Assembly (NCBI GenBank): GCA_963785785.1
Contig: CAWAWI010000006.1
Span: 76,204-140,203 of the forward strand
Direction: 5' to 3'
DNA length: 64,000 nt
DNA from: an uncultured Solirubrobacterales bacterium
GTDB lineage: Bacteria > Actinomycetota > Thermoleophilia > Solirubrobacterales > Solirubrobacteraceae
Shown in pieces: positions 7,820 to 17,368 of this stretch (its first letter is position 1; each line of letters begins with the position of its first letter). The notes beneath the pieces are model-generated. The model did not search any database, was not told where the DNA came from, and worked only from the letters and a program-made list of their open reading frames with translations. Position numbers and translations under genes: made by a program.

Positions 7820-9712
7820 GTGCCGAACCAGCCCCAGGCAGAGCAGCGGTCCTCGTCCCTGTATCGCAGGCACCGTCCGCGTACGTTCGCGGAGGTGGTC
7901 GGACAGGAGCCGGTAGTGAGGACCCTGCGGAACGCCGTCCAGCGCGACCAGGTCCATCACGCGTACCTGTTCGTGGGCTCCCGGGGTACGGGGAAGACCT
8001 CGATGGCGAAGATCCTCGCCGCCTGCCTGAACTGCGAGCGGGGCCCCACGATCGAGCCGTGCGGGGAGTGTGACTCGTGCGTGTCGATCGCCCGGGCGAG
8101 CTCCCTGGACGTGATCGAGATGGACGCTGCGTCGAACAACTCGGTGGACGACATCCGGGAGCTCCGCGAGAGCGTCGCCTTCGCGCCCCTGTCGGGCCGG
8201 CGCAAGGTGTACATCCTCGACGAGGCCCACATGCTCTCGACGGCCGCCTGGAACGCGTTCCTGAAGACACTCGAGGAGCCCCCGCCAAACACGGTGTTCG
8301 TGCTCGCCACCACCGAGGCCCAGAAGGTGCCCGCGACGGTGGTGGACCGGTGTCACCGCTTCGACTTCCAGCGCCCCACGGTCGAGCAGATCGGGCAGGT
8401 GCTCCGGCGGACCGCACAGTCCGAGTCGATCGAGATCCCCCCGGAGGCGATCGTGGCGATCGCCCGCTCGGCCACCGGCAGCTTCAGGGACGCTCTCGGG
8501 ACCCTCGAGCAGCTGCTCGCCTACAGCGGCCCCACGATCGCTCTGGAGGACGTCCTGGCGGTACTCGGCGTGGCGGACTCTCAGCTGCTCGAAGGGACCG
8601 TCGACGCGATCGCCGCCGGGGACACCCGGTCGGCGCTCCTGGCCCTGGCGGAGTGCGCGGAGGGGGGCCGGGACGCGGGGTCGTTCGCCGCTGACCTCCA
8701 GGCGCGTGCCCGGGAGCTCCTGGTGGTCCAGACCCTCGGCGAGGTTCCCGCGGAGCTCTCCCTCACACCCGAGGCCGACACCAGGCTCCTCGCCCAGGCG
8801 GGACGGGTGCCCCACGCGACCGTGGTCCGCCTCCTGCAGCTCCTCGGCGAGTCCCAGGAGGGGGTCCGCGCGGGCACCGACCCCCGCACGAGCCTGGAGC
8901 TCGCGTTGGTGAGGGCGGGTAGGCCCGAGGTGGACTCCTCGACGAAAGCCCTCCTGGCGCGTATCGAGCGCTTGGAGGGAGCAGGACAGGCCCCACCCGC
9001 GCCCCTGGCCGAGCCCCTCTCGCACGGCCCCCTCGCGCCCGCGCGCGGGGCGTCCCTGCCCGAGGCTTCCGCGCCCGACGGCCCCGACGAGGCTTCCGCG
9101 TCCGACGGCCCCGACGAGGCTTCCGCGTCCGACGGCCCCGACGAGGCTTCCGCGCCCGACGGCCCCGACGAGGCTTCTGCGCCCGAGGAGTCCGTCGTGG
9201 CTCTCCAATCCGAAGGCCCCACACGCGCGCGCGGGGGCACGGTTTCCGAGACCGGCGTAACCGACCCCCTCGCCGGACCCGCGCCGATCGGGGTGGGGAA
9301 GCTCGGGGAGATGGTCGACCTGTGGCCCGCGGTGGTGGAGCTGGTGAGCGCCGGACACGCCCTGTGCGGAGCGGTGATCGCGGACGCCAGGCCGGTGGAG
9401 GTCGTCGATCGAGACCTCACGGTCGGATTCCCGGTGGGTGCGGCGTTTCTGAAGAAGAAGGCCGAAGACCCCTCCAACCGGGCGATCGTCTCGGAGGCCC
9501 TGCGCGAGCTGACGGGCGGCCGCTGGCGACTCTCCTATGAGCTCCGGGAGGATCTCGGAGCGAGCGAGGGGGACCGTCCGAATGGCTACTCCGAGGAGGA
9601 GTGGATCGAGCGGTTCAAGTCTGAGCTCGACGCCGAAGAGATCCCGCTGGACACCGGCGAGGAGACGCGGGGAGACACCGAGGAGCTTGCCGGCGAGCGG
9701 AAGGAGGCCTGA
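7820..9712 (+). CDS. dnaX: DNA polymerase III subunit gamma/tau
   Basis: SLYRRHRP..F.EVVGQ, Walker A GSRGTGKTS, Zn CLNC..PCGECDSC, EMDAASNNSVDDIR, DEAHMLS, LKTLEEPP; GTG 7820. Confidence 0.96.
   Translation: MPNQPQAEQRSSSLYRRHRPRTFAEVVGQEPVVRTLRNAVQRDQVHHAYLFVGSRGTGKTSMAKILAACLNCERGPTIEPCGECDSCVSIARASSLDVIEMDAASNNSVDDIRELRESVAFAPLSGRRKVYILDEAHMLSTAAWNAFLKTLEEPPPNTVFVLATTEAQKVPATVVDRCHRFDFQRPTVEQIGQVLRRTAQSESIEIPPEAIVAIARSATGSFRDALGTLEQLLAYSGPTIALEDVLAVLGVADSQLLEGTVDAIAAGDTRSALLALAECAEGGRDAGSFAADLQARARELLVVQTLGEVPAELSLTPEADTRLLAQAGRVPHATVVRLLQLLGESQEGVRAGTDPRTSLELALVRAGRPEVDSSTKALLARIERLEGAGQAPPAPLAEPLSHGPLAPARGASLPEASAPDGPDEASASDGPDEASASDGPDEASAPDGPDEASAPEESVVALQSEGPTRARGGTVSETGVTDPLAGPAPIGVGKLGEMVDLWPAVVELVSAGHALCGAVIADARPVEVVDRDLTVGFPVGAAFLKKKAEDPSNRAIVSEALRELTGGRWRLSYELREDLGASEGDRPNGYSEEEWIERFKSELDAEEIPLDTGEETRGDTEELAGERKEA
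9061..9186. repeat. 27-bp in-frame tandem repeat x4.7 in dnaX linker (EASAPDGPD/EASASDGPD)
   Basis: Unit CGAGGCTTCCGCGYCCGACGGCCCCGA. Confidence 0.95.
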
Positions 9713-9714
9713 CG

Positions 9715-10080
9715 ATGGCCAAGGGTTCGAGAGGCCAGCGGATGCCGAACATGCAGCAGATGCTCAAGCAGGTCCAGGAGATGCAGACCCAGATGGAGGA
9801 GGCCCAGGAGAAGCTGGCCGACGAGACCGTCCAGGCGTCCGCCGGGGGAGGGATGGTGACCGTGGTGGTCTCCGGGGACCTCCAGGTCAAGTCGGTGACC
9901 ATCGACCCCGAGGCCGTCGATCCCGAGGATGTGGAGATCCTCGCCGACATGGTCCTCGCGGCCATGAACGAGGCCCTCCGGGCAGCCCAGGAGCTGGCCG
10001 CGAGCAAGCTCGGGGGCGCCACCGGGGGCCTCGACCTCGGCGGTCTCGGCGGCCTTGGCCTGCCCGGGCTGCAGCCGTGA
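9715..10080 (+). CDS. ybaB: YbaB/EbfC nucleoid-associated protein
   Basis: MQQMLKQVQEMQ, ASAGGGMVTV, IDPEAVDPEDVEIL.DM..AA.N; between dnaX and recR. Confidence 0.93.
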   Translation: MAKGSRGQRMPNMQQMLKQVQEMQTQMEEAQEKLADETVQASAGGGMVTVVVSGDLQVKSVTIDPEAVDPEDVEILADMVLAAMNEALRAAQELAASKLGGATGGLDLGGLGGLGLPGLQP

Positions 10081-10688
10081 GCAGTTACGCGCCGCCCGTC
10101 CAGCGGCTCGTGACCGAGCTCTCGAAGCTGCCCGGCATCGGCGTGCGCACGGCCCAGCGGCTGGCCTTCCACATTCTGCGAGCCTCCGACGAGGACGCCT
10201 CTGCGCTGGCGGACTCGATCCGGGAAGTAAAGGAACGGATCGGCCTGTGTGAGGTCTGCTTCAACCTCACCGACGAATCTCGCTGTCGCATCTGCCAGGA
10301 CACCCGCCGGGACCACACCCTGATCTGTGTTGTCGAGGAGCCCGGAGACGTGATCCCGATGGAGCGCACCCACGAGTACCAGGGCGTCTACCACGTCCTC
10401 GGCGGGGCCCTCTCCCCGATCGACGGCATCGATCCCGAGGACCTGAAGATCGGTGAGCTCTACGACCGGGTGACCTCCGAGACGGACCCCGTCACGGAGG
10501 TGGTCCTCGCGACCAACCCCACCACCACAGGCGAGGCCACCGCCCTGCACATCGCCCACGAGCTCCGCGACCGAGCCCCCCAGGTGACCGTCACCCGCCT
10601 GGCCAGCGGCCTGCCGGTGGGCTCCGACCTCGAGTACGCCGACGAGGTCACCCTCGGCAAGGCCTTCGCGGGCCGCCGGTCGGTGTAA
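10077..10688 (+). CDS. recR: Recombination mediator RecR
   Basis: LPGIGVRTAQRLA, CEVCFN..CRIC, YHVLGGALSP, ATNPTTTGEATA, LEYADEVTL; GTGA overlap with ybaB. Confidence 0.97.
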   Translation: MSSYAPPVQRLVTELSKLPGIGVRTAQRLAFHILRASDEDASALADSIREVKERIGLCEVCFNLTDESRCRICQDTRRDHTLICVVEEPGDVIPMERTHEYQGVYHVLGGALSPIDGIDPEDLKIGELYDRVTSETDPVTEVVLATNPTTTGEATALHIAHELRDRAPQVTVTRLASGLPVGSDLEYADEVTLGKAFAGRRSV

Positions 10689-10730
10689 TCGAAGCCGACC
10701 GGCGATTCGCCTCGTGAAGCTGGTGTAGTT

Positions 10731-10827
10731 CCGACCGGCGCATGCGCCGGTCGGCGGGATCGCGCATGCGCGATCCCAAGGCAGGGCCGCATGCGGCCCT
10801 GCCGACCACGCCGCATGCGGCGTGGTC
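10731..10827. repeat. Array of four abutting perfect palindromes (24/22/24/24 bp) centred on GCATGC
   Basis: CCGACCGGCGCATGCGCCGGTCGG; GGGATCGCGCATGCGCGATCCC; GGCAGGGCCGCATGCGGCCCTGCC; GACCACGCCGCATGCGGCGTGGTC. Confidence 0.95.
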
Positions 10828-10847
10828 AACCCCTCTATCCTGCGGGC

Positions 10848-12122
10848 GTGTCCGAGATCGTTGTCATGAAGTTCGGCGGCACGTCGGTCGCGGACGCTCA
10901 GCGGATCAAGCGGGCGGCCCGTCGGATCGTGGACAGGCGCGAGGGGGGCGCTCGGGTTGTGGCGGTTCTGTCCGCCCGGGGGAAGACCACCGACGAGTTG
11001 ATCGGGATGGCCGAGGAGGTCTCCCACACGCCCGATCCCCGGGAGATGGACATGCTGCTGTCCACCGGTGAGCGCATCTCCTGTGCTCTGTGTGCGATGG
11101 CGATCAACGATCTCGGCCATCGGGCCGTGTCCCTGACGGGCTCCCAAGCGGGGATCGTGACCGACTCCTCTCACACGAAGGCACGCATCCTCGACGTCCG
11201 CGCCGAGCGGATCATGAGGGCCCTCGACGAGGACCGGATCGTGCTCGTGGCAGGCTTTCAGGGGGTGTCCACCGATTCCAGCGACGTCACCACCCTCGGT
11301 CGTGGCGGCTCGGACACCACCGCGGTGGCCCTCGCCGCGGCGGTGAATGCTGAGGTGTGCGAAATCTACACCGACGTCCCCGGCGTGTTCAGCGCCGATC
11401 CCCGGATCGTGCCCCGCGCGCGCAAGCTCCCGATGGTCTCCTTCGAGGAGATGCTCGAGATGGCCGCCTCCGGCGCGGGCGTCCTTCAGCTGCGGTCGGT
11501 CGAGTACGCCCGCAACCATGGCGTTCGCATCCACTGCCGGTCGTCTTTCGAGGACGGTCCCGGTACCGTGGTGGTGTCCGAAGGAGAGACCATGGATCAC
11601 GCTGAGAAGCCCCTCATCACGGCCGTCACCCATTCGACCTCTGAGTCGATGGTCACCCTCGTCGGGGTCCGTCACAAGCCCGGCGTGGCCGCGAGCATCT
11701 TCGATGCTCTCGCTCAGGCAGGCGTGGACGTGGACATGATCGACCAGAACGTCCCCACCTCTGCGGGGGGGTTGGCCGAGATCTCCTTCACGGTCCCTCG
11801 CGAGCATCTCCGCGACGCTCGCGCGTCCCTGGAGCCTCTCGCGGGGGAGACCTTCTCGGAGCTCATCGCCCGGGAGGAGATGGGCAAGGTCTCGATCGTG
11901 GGCGCCGGCATGCGCTCTCACCCGGGGGTCGCCGCGAAGGTGTTCGGGGTCCTCGCCGAACAGGGCCTCAATATCGACATGATCTCCACCTCTCCCATCA
12001 AGATCTCCTGTGTCATTCCCCGCGATCGCGTCGACTCGGTCGTGAGGGCTCTCCACGACGCCTTCGAGCTGTCCGGCCCGGACTCGATCGCCCCCGAGCA
12101 TCCGTTCGTCGCCGGCGCCTGA
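10848..12122 (+). CDS. ask: Aspartate kinase
   Basis: [37 protein letters not shown], two ACT domains; GTG 6 nt after -10 TATCCT. Confidence 0.96.
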   Translation: MSEIVVMKFGGTSVADAQRIKRAARRIVDRREGGARVVAVLSARGKTTDELIGMAEEVSHTPDPREMDMLLSTGERISCALCAMAINDLGHRAVSLTGSQAGIVTDSSHTKARILDVRAERIMRALDEDRIVLVAGFQGVSTDSSDVTTLGRGGSDTTAVALAAAVNAEVCEIYTDVPGVFSADPRIVPRARKLPMVSFEEMLEMAASGAGVLQLRSVEYARNHGVRIHCRSSFEDGPGTVVVSEGETMDHAEKPLITAVTHSTSESMVTLVGVRHKPGVAASIFDALAQAGVDVDMIDQNVPTSAGGLAEISFTVPREHLRDARASLEPLAGETFSELIAREEMGKVSIVGAGMRSHPGVAAKVFGVLAEQGLNIDMISTSPIKISCVIPRDRVDSVVRALHDAFELSGPDSIAPEHPFVAGA

Positions 12123-12190
12123 CCCGCCCGGCGCCTGACCCGCCCGGCGCTTGACCCTGCCGGTGCCTGAGCCCGCCTGGTGCCTGACTC
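12114..12190. repeat. 16-17-bp degenerate tandem repeat x~4.5 starting across the ask stop codon
   Basis: GGCGCCTGACCCGCCC units that decay progressively. Confidence 0.75.
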
Positions 12191-12415
12191 CTCGAGGACT
12201 TGACTTCGTCGGTTTGGGTAGGGTTGACTAGGGGTGTTTCTCACTGCTTGAGTGGGATAACTGGATCTCGACATTCGTTGCAATCGAGTGATTCACGATC
12301 CACGTATGGACGGGTGCGGAGACGTCACTAGCCAACCGGCTAAAAGAGCGCTACGATACGGCCGTCGGTCGGGAAGGGGAAGTCGGTGGCGGCAAGCAAG
12401 GAGGCCTGAGGGGAG

Positions 12416-13927
12416 ATGAGGGTAGAGACGGGTACAGGTACGGAGGCCGAGCTTCCGTGGGTGAGCACGCCCGCGCGCTCGGGCGACGTCGCGGGCTTTG
12501 TGGTTCGGCGACGTCAGGGACGGATCAGCGACGCGCGTGGACTGGCCGCATGCATGCGACGGGACGCATTGTTCCGCCGTCTGCTTCTGGTCGCGGACGT
12601 GGTCGCAATCGTGGGGGCGTTCGCGTTGACGATGGAGCGTTCGACGAGGACCCTTCATCTGACGTGGGCGGCGATCGCGGGCGTGCCGATCCTGCTGGTG
12701 GCGGCGAAGATCACCGGTCTGTATGACCGGGACGAGATGCTCCTGCGCAAGACCACCCTCGACGAGGCCCCCAAGCTGTTCCAGCTGGCGACCCTGTGCG
12801 CGCTGGTGATGCTCCTGCGGGGAACCCTCGTCATCAAGGGCACCCTCGGCCGCCACGAGGTGCTGTTTTTGTGGCTTTCCCTGGCGGTCCTCCTGATCCT
12901 TGCCCGCGCCACGGCACGCGTAATCGCCCTGCGCATAGCCCCGGCCGAGCGATGCCTGTTCATCGGCGACGAGTCCCTCTCCGACACGATCTGCTCGAAG
13001 CTCACCGGTCACGGCGGCGTCAAGGCGGAGGTGGTCGCCCATCTCGACCTCGACAAGGCCGCTCCCTGGTCGATCGACACGTTCTCCGCCCCGAGGCTGG
13101 AGGAGATCCGGGCGCTCGCCCAGTCGATGGACGTCCACCGGGCGATCGTCGCTCCGGGGTGGGCGGGCGCTGAACCCGAGGAGATACTCAACCTCGTTCG
13201 CACCCTGAAGGCGGTGGGCGTGAGGGTGACCGTGGTCCCCCGCCTGCTCGAGGTCGTCGGGTCCTCGGTCGAGTTCGACGACCTCCACGGAGTGACGTTG
13301 ATGGGGGTTCGTCGCTTCGATCTCACCCGCTCCTCCACCGCGCTCAAGCGGGTCTTCGACCTGCTCGGCGCCGCGATCGGCCTGCTGGCGGTCTCGCCTC
13401 TGATGATCGCCGTCGCGATCGCCATCAAGCTCGACAGCCGCGGCCCGGTCCTCTTCCGCCAGCTCCGCGTGGGCCGGTACGGACAGCGCTTCTACATGCT
13501 CAAATTCCGCACGATGGTCCAGGATGCGGACGCGATGAAGGACTCTCTCCGTGACCGCAACGAAGCCCAGGAGGGCCTCTTCAAGATCGCCGAAGACCCC
13601 CGTATGACCCGCGTGGGCAGGTTTCTGCGGACGACCGCCCTGGACGAGCTCCCACAGCTCTTGAACGTCGTCAAAGGCGAGATGAGCCTGGTGGGCCCCC
13701 GCCCGCTGGTGGTCGAGGAGGACCGGCGCATCGAGGGATGGAACCGCCGTCGCCTGGAGCTGATGCCGGGGATGACCGGCCCGTGGCAGATTCTCGGCCC
13801 GGCCCGCGTGCCCCTCAGCGAGATGGTGGCGATGGACTACCTGTACGTCGCCAACTGGTCCCTCTGGACCGACGTCAAGATCCTGCTCCGCACAGTCCCC
13901 CACGTCTTCGGACGTCGCGGCCTGTAG
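12416..13927 (+). CDS. Polyprenyl glycosylphosphotransferase (WcaJ/WbaP-type sugar transferase)
   Basis: N-terminal TMs; [58 protein letters not shown]. Confidence 0.92.
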   Translation: MRVETGTGTEAELPWVSTPARSGDVAGFVVRRRQGRISDARGLAACMRRDALFRRLLLVADVVAIVGAFALTMERSTRTLHLTWAAIAGVPILLVAAKITGLYDRDEMLLRKTTLDEAPKLFQLATLCALVMLLRGTLVIKGTLGRHEVLFLWLSLAVLLILARATARVIALRIAPAERCLFIGDESLSDTICSKLTGHGGVKAEVVAHLDLDKAAPWSIDTFSAPRLEEIRALAQSMDVHRAIVAPGWAGAEPEEILNLVRTLKAVGVRVTVVPRLLEVVGSSVEFDDLHGVTLMGVRRFDLTRSSTALKRVFDLLGAAIGLLAVSPLMIAVAIAIKLDSRGPVLFRQLRVGRYGQRFYMLKFRTMVQDADAMKDSLRDRNEAQEGLFKIAEDPRMTRVGRFLRTTALDELPQLLNVVKGEMSLVGPRPLVVEEDRRIEGWNRRRLELMPGMTGPWQILGPARVPLSEMVAMDYLYVANWSLWTDVKILLRTVPHVFGRRGL

Positions 13928-13946
13928 CGCTGCGACGTGTAGGACG

Positions 13947-14168
13947 TCAGAGAGCCCGTCCGGCGCTGACAGTCAGCGATCCTGGCCGGCGCTCGTCCGG
14001 GCGACGGCCGGTCTGGCGATCTCCGGCTGCCGGGGGCGCCACCGTGCTCGAATGGTCCCCCGCGGAGGCCGCCAGCAGCCTCATGTCAGCCCGTGAGGCT
14101 GACTGACAGGCGGCCACCACCAGCGTGATGACGGCGAGCCACGCGATCGGGATGAGGATGAGAAGCAT
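13947..14168 (-). CDS. Small hypothetical single-TM protein
   Basis: MLLILIPIAWLAVITLVVAAC N-terminus; GAAAGG upstream. Confidence 0.55.
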   Translation of the reverse strand: MLLILIPIAWLAVITLVVAACQSASRADMRLLAASAGDHSSTVAPPAAGDRQTGRRPDERRPGSLTVSAGRAL

Positions 14169-14257
14169 GATCTAAAGCCTTTCGGAGGAGTCCCGACTTC
14201 TCCTCCCTTCTCGGCAATATCGCAGATGGACTTGAGTCGTGTGACATAAGGAGCCGA

Positions 14258-15232
14258 TCAAACGTCCAGTGATCGCTGCAGCCGCTCCAGCACCCGGACG
14301 ACCCGCAGGCCGCTGTGACCGTCAGAGAGGGGAGTGTTTCCGGTTCGCACGCACTCGACGAAGTGCTCGCACTCCACTCGCAGGGGCTCGACGTTGGCCA
14401 CCCGGGGGGAGTAGATGTCTCCTGACCGCACGATGTACTCCCCCCACGAGCGAGAGTCCTCGTCGAAGCCCTTGTCGTACACGGTCAGCTTCCCCTCGAT
14501 CTGCATGTCGTCGAAGGTCGCCATCCGTTTGGATCCCACCACTGTCATACGGCGCTCCTTGTGGGGATCCAGCCACGACAGATGCAGATGGGCGACCGCC
14601 CCCGAGGGGAACCCCAGGTAGCAGAACACCACGTCCTGGACCCCCTCCCGGACGAAGCTGGAGCCGTGTGCGAAGCACGTCCCGGGCTCCTCTCCGATCA
14701 ACGCCAGCACGACCGACACGTCGTGCGCCCCAAGGCTCCACAGGGCGTTCTCGTCCTCCCGCAACACCCCCAGGTTCAAACGGTTTCCGTACACGTAGTA
14801 GAGCTCCCCGAGCTCCCCCCCGTCGAGCAGCTCCTTCAGGCGGATCACCGCCGGGTGGTACTCGAGCAGGTGGCCCACCATCAGCGTCCTGTCCGCCCGC
14901 TCCGCCGCCTCCACGGCCCGTTCGCCGTCTGACACCGTCGTGGCCAGGGGCTTCTCCACGAAGCAGTGCTTGCCCGCCTCCGCAACCGCCACCGTCAGCT
15001 CGGCGTGGGTGGGTACGGGCGTCGCCAGCACCACACCGTCGAGACCGGGGTCGTTCAACAAGTCTTCCAGCTCCCCGGTCGTACGTGCCTCGGGGAAGGC
15101 CCGCCCGAGCCTCTCCCGGGCCGCCTCGGATGAGTCGCACAGCCAGGTCACCTCGCAGTCGGGGATCGCCCCGAAGTTCCGTGCGAGGTTCGGCCCCCAG
15201 TAGCCGAGTCCCACTACGCCGATCTTGATCAT
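14258..15232 (-). CDS. Gfo/Idh/MocA family oxidoreductase
   Basis: IGVVGLGYWG, ATPVPTH, GKHCFVEKP, LMVGH; ATGA overlap with wecB. Confidence 0.9.
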   Translation of the reverse strand: MIKIGVVGLGYWGPNLARNFGAIPDCEVTWLCDSSEAARERLGRAFPEARTTGELEDLLNDPGLDGVVLATPVPTHAELTVAVAEAGKHCFVEKPLATTVSDGERAVEAAERADRTLMVGHLLEYHPAVIRLKELLDGGELGELYYVYGNRLNLGVLREDENALWSLGAHDVSVVLALIGEEPGTCFAHGSSFVREGVQDVVFCYLGFPSGAVAHLHLSWLDPHKERRMTVVGSKRMATFDDMQIEGKLTVYDKGFDEDSRSWGEYIVRSGDIYSPRVANVEPLRVECEHFVECVRTGNTPLSDGHSGLRVVRVLERLQRSLDV

Positions 15233-16410
15233 CGCCGGCCGTCCCTGATCTGTTCCGCGAGCGCTCCGATCGCACGTACGCACCCCTCCGCAGCGTGGCC
15301 GTCCCCGTACAGCGCTGGACGCTCACGCGGAGGCTCTCGCTCGAGCGCCTCGATCGCGGCCTGGGCGTCGAGGTCCACGAGCGTGTTCCAGCCCGCCTTC
15401 ACCGTCTCGACCCACTCGGTGTTCGCGCGCAACGTCACACAGGGCACTCCGGCAAGGTACGCCTCCTTCTGGACGCCTCCCGAGTCGGTCAACACCGCCC
15501 TCGCGTGACAGAGGAGGGCACTCATCTGGCCATACCCGAGCGGCTCGCTCAGCTCGATCCCGTCGGTCCGCTGGAGGTCATCGAGCAGGCCCCCCTCTCG
15601 CAGGCGCGCGCGCGTGCGGGGGTGTACGGGGAACACGACCTTTGTGCCGCCCACCCCGGCGGTCTGCGCCTTTGTGCCGCCCACCCCGGCGGTCTGCGGC
15701 CCGCCCGCCCCGGCGACCCGCGGGCCGCTCGGCCCTGCCAGTGCCTTCAGCAGCTGGACGAGCACACCCAGACGCTCGGGGTCGTCGACGTTCCCCGCCC
15801 GGTGGGCCGTGCACAGCAGGTACTCGCCCGGGGTCACTCCATATCGCTCGAGCGTCTCCGTGTCGGAGCGCGCTCCCGGCAGGCGGCACAGGGCGACGTC
15901 CGCCATCACGTCCCCCACCACCTCGATCCTCCCCGCGACGGACTCGGCTCTCAGGTTGGCGGCCCCCGTGTCCGACGAGCACAGCAGAAGGTCGCTCAGA
16001 TGGTCGGTCAGCACCCGGTTGAGCTCCTCGGGCATCGTCCGGTCGAACGAGCGCATGCCCGCCTCGACGTGGATCACCGGAACCCCGGCTTGAGCGCCCG
16101 CGAGAGCGCCCGCGAGGGTCGAGTTGGTGTCCCCGTACACCAGCGTCGCGTCTGGCTTCAGCTCCTCCAGCAGGGGCTCGAGCGCAGCCAACATGCGGGC
16201 GGTCTGGGATGTGTTCGACCCGCCCCCGATCCCCAGCTCCCAGTCGGGCCGGGCCAGGCCGAGCTCGCTGAAGAACACCGCCGAGAGGGAGTCGTCGTAG
16301 TGCTGGCCGGTGTGCACGAGCACCTCCTCGTGGCTCTCCCGCAGCGGCCCCGAGACCGCGGCGGCCTTGATGAATTGAGGCCGGTTGCCGACGATCGTCA
16401 GGATCTTCAC
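15229..16410 (-). CDS. wecB: UDP-N-acetylglucosamine 2-epimerase (non-hydrolysing)
   Basis: VGNRPQFIK, HTGQHYD, GDTNST, HVEAGMRS, PEELNR, TDSGGVQKEA; 30-bp in-frame duplication at 15639-15698. Confidence 0.94.
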   Translation of the reverse strand: MKILTIVGNRPQFIKAAAVSGPLRESHEEVLVHTGQHYDDSLSAVFFSELGLARPDWELGIGGGSNTSQTARMLAALEPLLEELKPDATLVYGDTNSTLAGALAGAQAGVPVIHVEAGMRSFDRTMPEELNRVLTDHLSDLLLCSSDTGAANLRAESVAGRIEVVGDVMADVALCRLPGARSDTETLERYGVTPGEYLLCTAHRAGNVDDPERLGVLVQLLKALAGPSGPRVAGAGGPQTAGVGGTKAQTAGVGGTKVVFPVHPRTRARLREGGLLDDLQRTDGIELSEPLGYGQMSALLCHARAVLTDSGGVQKEAYLAGVPCVTLRANTEWVETVKAGWNTLVDLDAQAAIEALEREPPRERPALYGDGHAAEGCVRAIGALAEQIRDGRR

Positions 16411-16453
16411 GTGGCCCACCCTACGCGCCGGTCCCCACGACCGGCCGCCCGCC

Positions 16454-17368
16454 TCAGGCGGCAGCGCCCACGACCGACGTCGACCAGTCGATCACCGAGG
16501 TCGGCCGGACCACGTGACGGCCCAGCCCGAGCTCCTTGGGCGCCAGGCCCAGCGCGAGGCCAACGAGCTGGGGCAGGTGCAGGACGGGCATGTTCAGCTC
16601 CCGTCCCACCACCGTCTCGGCCTGGGGCTGCTGTAGGTCGAGGTTCAGGTGGCACAGCGGGCAGGGGGTCACCAGGCAGTCGGCCTGCGCGTCCACCGCG
16701 TCTCCCAGGTGGCGTCCGGCCTGCTTGAGGGACGCCTCCTTGTTCATTGTCACGATCGGAAAGCCACAGCACTTGCGCATCCCCGCGTACTCGATCACGG
16801 TTCCCCCCAGCGCCTCGATCAGGCGCTCCAGGTAGCGGTCCCGGGGGTGCTCTGAGTCGATGCCCAACCGCGTGCGGGGGCGGACGATGTAGCAGCCGTA
16901 GAAGGGGCCCACCTTGAGGTTCGTCAGCGGCTGCTTGACCCGCGCGCGGAGGCTGTCCAGGCCGATCTCCTCGACGAGCAGCCACAGGAAGTTCTTGTTC
17001 GTGAGCGGGTGGGCGGGATCCTTTTCATAGCTGAGCCCCTCGTCGGCGAGCGTCTCGTTGACCAACCCCCGATACTCCGCGCTCGCGTCCAGTCGCTCCT
17101 GGCACTCGCTCTGGGCGCCCTGGCAGGTCGAGCAGATGTTCATCATCATCTCCGCCCCCTCCACCTGCTGGGCCAGCGCGAACGTGCGCGCGTTCAGGGT
17201 GTCCGCCAGCTCCTGGTTGTGCTCGGCGATCACCCCGCAGCCGGTGCAGTTGGCCCGGTCGAGCTCGACCAGCTCGATGTCCAGCAGCGGCGCTACCTTC
17301 GCCATCGAGCCGTGCAGCTCCGGAGTGAAGCCCCGGCTCACGCACCCGGGCCAGTAGGCGACCTTCAT
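16454..17368 (-). CDS. CCG-domain (HdrB-like) subunit of type E succinate dehydrogenase
   Basis: [35 protein letters not shown]; overlaps sdhB stop. Confidence 0.88.
   Translation of the reverse strand: MKVAYWPGCVSRGFTPELHGSMAKVAPLLDIELVELDRANCTGCGVIAEHNQELADTLNARTFALAQQVEGAEMMMNICSTCQGAQSECQERLDASAEYRGLVNETLADEGLSYEKDPAHPLTNKNFLWLLVEEIGLDSLRARVKQPLTNLKVGPFYGCYIVRPRTRLGIDSEHPRDRYLERLIEALGGTVIEYAGMRKCCGFPIVTMNKEASLKQAGRHLGDAVDAQADCLVTPCPLCHLNLDLQQPQAETVVGRELNMPVLHLPQLVGLALGLAPKELGLGRHVVRPTSVIDWSTSVVGAAA

Noticed and set aside
7820-9712. Programmed -1 frameshift in dnaX
   Set aside because: I found no A-AAA-AAG or poly-A slippery site, and the ORF is continuous.
10689-10847. Lysine riboswitch or attenuator upstream of aspartokinase
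   Set aside because: No lysine-riboswitch consensus is recognisable. The structure is four independent palindromes upstream of the probable -10 box, so it would lie outside a leaderless mRNA.
9615-12101. 828-aa minus-strand ORF, and similar long ORFs such as 27941-29656, 31290-33164, 7739-9358 and 12293-13903
   Set aside because: They are antisense shadows of well-supported genes, expected in high-GC DNA, and show no recognisable motifs.
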